From an uncultured Nitrososphaeraceae archaeon (GTDB taxonomy: Archaea > Thermoproteota > Nitrososphaeria > Nitrososphaerales > Nitrososphaeraceae): a DNA stretch of 11,467 bases. How positions within the stretch are numbered: the first letter of the stretch is position 1; each line of letters starts with the position of its first letter. The notes beneath the pieces were generated by a model. It ran no database searches, had not been told where the DNA came from, and worked only from the letters and a program-made list of their open reading frames with translations. The DNA is taken from the NCBI GenBank assembly GCA_963765895.1, contig CAVXZB010000060.1, forward strand, positions 1 to 11,467, in the 5' to 3' direction. The position numbers and the translations under genes were made by a program. Positions 8,424 through 11,467 of the stretch are shown here, in pieces.

Positions 8424-8540
8424 ATGAAAGAATCATACCATTGTATGCCCTGTGATAAAGAATTTATAGAACAGGTAACGGCAAAAAGTCATAAAAGATC
8501 AACTGGTCACCAGGTCATAGAAAGAATACTAGAGAAATAA
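8424..8540 (+). CDS. 38-aa stand-alone C2H2-type zinc-finger protein (absent from the ORF track)
   Basis: MKESYHCMPCDKEFIEQVTAKSHKRSTGHQVIERILEK* matches Y-x-C-x2-C-x3-F-x8-H-x5-H. It has a promoter at the expected spacing and a triple stop TAA TAG TAG. Confidence 0.8.
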   Translation: MKESYHCMPCDKEFIEQVTAKSHKRSTGHQVIERILEK

Positions 8541-8769
8541 TAGTAGGTTATTTAGATTTTAGTCTATGATCGTAGGATAGAGGGATTCCTCCAAAAAACT
8601 GTGACGATATAGTCATTTAATAAAAATTTTACGTCTATGTTATAATTGATATTATCATATATCTGTTGCCAATCACTCTGATACTTAAGCTATTAATTTA
8701 GTAGTCAAAGATATAATCTCTATATAATTTGTTTATCATGACCTGTCAGAGAAATATTTAAGTGAAGGA

Positions 8770-9180
8770 AGAATTGACTATGGAGAACTGTGATAAAGCG
8801 ATGAGCAGAGATTTAATTGTAGTAAAGAGAGATCCATAAAAGATCCACAAACGTACTTTATTACTGTATCATTAACTATACCATAAGGATGGGACGATAA
8901 TATGTTACGACTAATAATTTCTTAGAAAGGAGTAAAAGGAAGATATTAGATAAATAAGGTTCCTGATTCCACACTTTATTATGCTAAGATTATCATATTA
9001 CATTACACAACGGCTCTATACAGATTTGCCTATAATTCCATCAAGATATAGCTGACCGGATTTACCTAACAGTAAATCCGCCTAGAATCGATACGCCAAG
9101 TTGCATAAGTGCGGCCTATATAAGAGTTCCCCCAATTCTGAGGATGAGTTATGTTACACATTAAAAATGAATCACAGTAG
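8770..9180 (+). pseudogene. Heavily decayed hypothetical gene (PRC-barrel/DUF2171-like domain plus C-terminal C2H2 finger)
   Basis: Colinear peptide pieces across frames: AMSRDLIVVKR, GWDDNMLRLII, NKVPDSTLYYAK, DLPIIPSRY and KCGLYKSSPNSEDEL...HIK..NH. They resemble a Nitrososphaeraceae family as recalled. Several stops and frameshifts. Confidence 0.45.
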
Positions 9181-9413
9181 GGTAATGTACAGTTAGTCAC
9201 AAGATTTCGTTCTTACCGTTGTTTGGCGTGATGTATATTATTACTTAAAATTAGCACACATCTTGTTTGTTTTATATGTTTACAGGATTGGATATATATC
9301 AATACGCGGATTGAAATGTCAATTTATAAGGGATAATGATAAGAAAATTTTATACTAAAGGAAGTATTTGAAAATTCGAGCTTCATTGATAAACATTAAC
9401 ACATGGCTACTTC

Positions 9414-9555
9414 AGGCTAGACTATTTAAATTTAAATACAAAAACAATAGATAATAAAGAATTGAGTCAAATGAAGTAGACCCAGCCCTTATTGAAAGAA
9501 CCTACTATATCGGACAGTACACAAAACGTGTCGCAGCCAATAAGCATATTCACTC
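9414..9555 (+). pseudogene. ku: Remnant resembling the core of a prokaryotic Ku (NHEJ DNA end-binding) protein
   Basis: RLDYLNLNTKTIDNKE, frameshift, IESNEVDPALIERTYYIGQYTKRVAANK, frameshift, YSL. This matches the Ku pattern TKTI(D/E)IxxF...(I/V)DPxxxExxYY...KAYxLL. Confidence 0.6.
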
Positions 9556-9661
9556 AATACTCTTTCGTGTCAACTAACAATTTGAAGAAAGACTAGTCTC
9601 CAGAATCATGAGACAATCTAACGAAATAAAAAATGATTCATATTCTCTAAAGTAGAATGTC

Positions 9662-9679
9662 TTGATGATTTATCATCAA
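9662..9679. promoter_or_regulatory. Perfect 8-2-8 inverted repeat (operator-like) next to the oxidoreductase start codon
   Basis: TTGATGAT-TT-ATCATCAA ends 2 nt before ATG 9681. Confidence 0.55.
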
Positions 9680-9680
9680 A

Positions 9681-11093
9681 ATGCAAAAATTTGATTTAAT
9701 AGTCATAGGTGGGGGCTCCGGATTGGATGTGGCTACTTCTGCGGCTCAACATGGCCTTACAGTAGCTGTTGTTGAAAGGGAAAGGATGGGCGGAACTTGT
9801 CTAAACAGAGGATGTATACCATCCAAGCTTTTGATTCACAGTTCAGACATCATGGAAACAATTAAACACGCTGCAAAATTTGGAATAGTGATCAGTGGAT
9901 ATGCAGTAGAATTCCAAAAAATTGTTCAGAGGGTAAATGATTTTACCGACCATGAATCAGAGGAAATTCGAAATGCATTTGAAGGTATCAAGAATCCCAA
10001 GCTTTTCTCTAAAGAGTGTAAGTTCATAGGACCAAAAACAATTAAACTAATTGACAATCCTAACCACGATGACGATGAACAAAATATTATAGCTGGAGAA
10101 AAAATATTGATTGCAGCAGGCACTAGGCCAAAAATACCAAGTATAGCAGGGCTCGAAGAAACAGATTATATAACTAGTGATGAGGCATTGCGTCTTAAAC
10201 ATCAACCTGCCACGCTTACTATCATAGGTGGTGGTTATGTGGCTTGTGAGATGGCCCACTTTTTTGGAGCATTGGGAACAAAGATAAATATCATCCAAAT
10301 AGATGATGTCTTGCTTCCAAATGAAGATGAAGACATATCACAGAATTTTACTAGAGTTTTCTCGAAAAAATATAATGTATTTTTAGGTTATGAAACAGAA
10401 TACGTATCCAAAATTAATGAGGATGGTGGCAGGAAATTCTTTGTACAATCAAAGAAAAAATCTGAGTCTTTGGAACTTGTTTCTGATCAGCTGTTGATTG
10501 CTGCAGGAAGAATACCAAATTCGGATACTCTTAATCTCGATAAGACGAGTGTTGAAGTTGATGTCAGGGGTAACATTAAGACCAATATGTATCTCGAAAC
10601 TAATATCAATGGAATATTTGCTCTTGGTGATATAGTAGGTCGGTATTTATTCAAACATAGTGCAAATCATGAAGCAAAATATGCCTATAACAATATTATT
10701 CATCATAATAATAAAATTCCTGTAGATTATACCGCAATACCTCATGCAATTTTCACTTCGCCTCAGGTTGCTGGAGTAGGATTTACAGAGCAAAAACTCA
10801 AGAACCAGAATCAAATACAATACGTAAAATCTATTTATCCTTACATTAATACAGCTATGGGAAAAGCAATCGATGATCAAGACGGATTCGTAAAATTCCT
10901 AGTAGATAAGAAAAGTAGAAAAATCCTTGGGTGCCACATTATTGGAGATCAAGCATCCATCCTAATTCACGAAGTCTTGGTTGCCATGATGTCTGATGAT
11001 AAGCATAGTGGTACTATCGATAGTATAGTGAGGACCATTCACATTCATCCAGCACTATCCGAAGTAGTTGTAAGGGCTGCAGCAGAATTTTGA
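9681..11093 (+). CDS. lpdA: Class-I pyridine nucleotide-disulfide oxidoreductase (dihydrolipoyl dehydrogenase / mycothione reductase-like)
   Basis: 470 aa with FAD motif VIGGGSG, redox disulfide GGTCLNRGCIPSK, NAD(P) motif IIGGGYVACE, IFALGD and C-terminal HIHPALSE. It has no C-terminal Cys-Cys, so it is not MerA. The gene symbol reflects family, not proven function. Confidence 0.85.
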   Translation: MQKFDLIVIGGGSGLDVATSAAQHGLTVAVVERERMGGTCLNRGCIPSKLLIHSSDIMETIKHAAKFGIVISGYAVEFQKIVQRVNDFTDHESEEIRNAFEGIKNPKLFSKECKFIGPKTIKLIDNPNHDDDEQNIIAGEKILIAAGTRPKIPSIAGLEETDYITSDEALRLKHQPATLTIIGGGYVACEMAHFFGALGTKINIIQIDDVLLPNEDEDISQNFTRVFSKKYNVFLGYETEYVSKINEDGGRKFFVQSKKKSESLELVSDQLLIAAGRIPNSDTLNLDKTSVEVDVRGNIKTNMYLETNINGIFALGDIVGRYLFKHSANHEAKYAYNNIIHHNNKIPVDYTAIPHAIFTSPQVAGVGFTEQKLKNQNQIQYVKSIYPYINTAMGKAIDDQDGFVKFLVDKKSRKILGCHIIGDQASILIHEVLVAMMSDDKHSGTIDSIVRTIHIHPALSEVVVRAAAEF

Positions 11094-11381
11094 ACTAAAT
11101 ACTATGCCTATTCCTCAAATATATTTTCTTAGCTACATCAGTCAATAAGGCATAAATGAAATGCCACGCGTCATACTATTTGATTTCGGATAGATATCTA
11201 ATTTTTATATATCGTATCTTTCTGTGATTTGCTGGGTATTTTATCCATTTTTGGCTATTTAGTAATATCATCTTTGCCGAGATATCGAACACCAAAATTT
11301 ACCAATTACTGATCTAAAAGAAGGTAGATTAGCAAGCCGCTTATTACATACTTTACTACATAAAAGTTCGGTGTAAATGTT

Positions 11382-11467
11382 ATGGATGGAAAGAAAGATG
11401 ACAAGAATAGCGTAGATGAGCTGATAAAGATTATAATGCGATACTCAGAGAGAGCACTTTACTCACG
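11382..11467 (+). CDS. Possible 5' end of a hypothetical protein running off the window
   Basis: ATG 11382 opens MDGKKDDKNSVDELIKIIMRYSERALYS... with no stop before the window end. Confidence 0.35.
   Translation, partial: MDGKKDDKNSVDELIKIIMRYSERALYS

Noticed and set aside
9926-10880. Minus-strand ORFs 9926-10123, 10047-10298 and 10647-10880
   Set aside because: Antisense shadows of the oxidoreductase gene.
1-11467. CRISPR array, tRNA, rRNA or IS transposase
   Set aside because: No regularly spaced repeats, cloverleaf, rRNA-like segment or transposase motif was seen.

Overview
AT-rich accessory region that looks like soil ammonia-oxidising archaeal DNA (Nitrososphaeraceae-like). This assignment is inferred from gene families, TATA boxes ~25-30 bp before leaderless starts and T-run terminators. 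Intact genes: a DUF5519/luciferase-like protein (4715-5035), a secreted cupredoxin (5176-5628), an unannotated 38-aa C2H2 zinc-finger microprotein (8424-8540) and a class-I pyridine nucleotide-disulfide oxidoreductase (9681-11093). Broken genes: an ABC-type solute-binding protein (1134-2453), a tyrosine recombinase (3297-4449, minus) and a malic enzyme with one frameshift (6907-8104, minus). The apparent intergenic DNA holds remnants resembling a TMEM175 K+ channel C-terminus, a PRC-barrel-like/zinc-finger gene and Ku. The most unusual structure is a pair of diverged direct repeats (~709-969 and ~3039-3315, ~68% identical over the 186-bp core by manual count). They carry conserved palindromes and bracket the solute-binding gene, and one copy overlaps the recombinase 3' end. 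Family calls come from motif recognition, not database searches.
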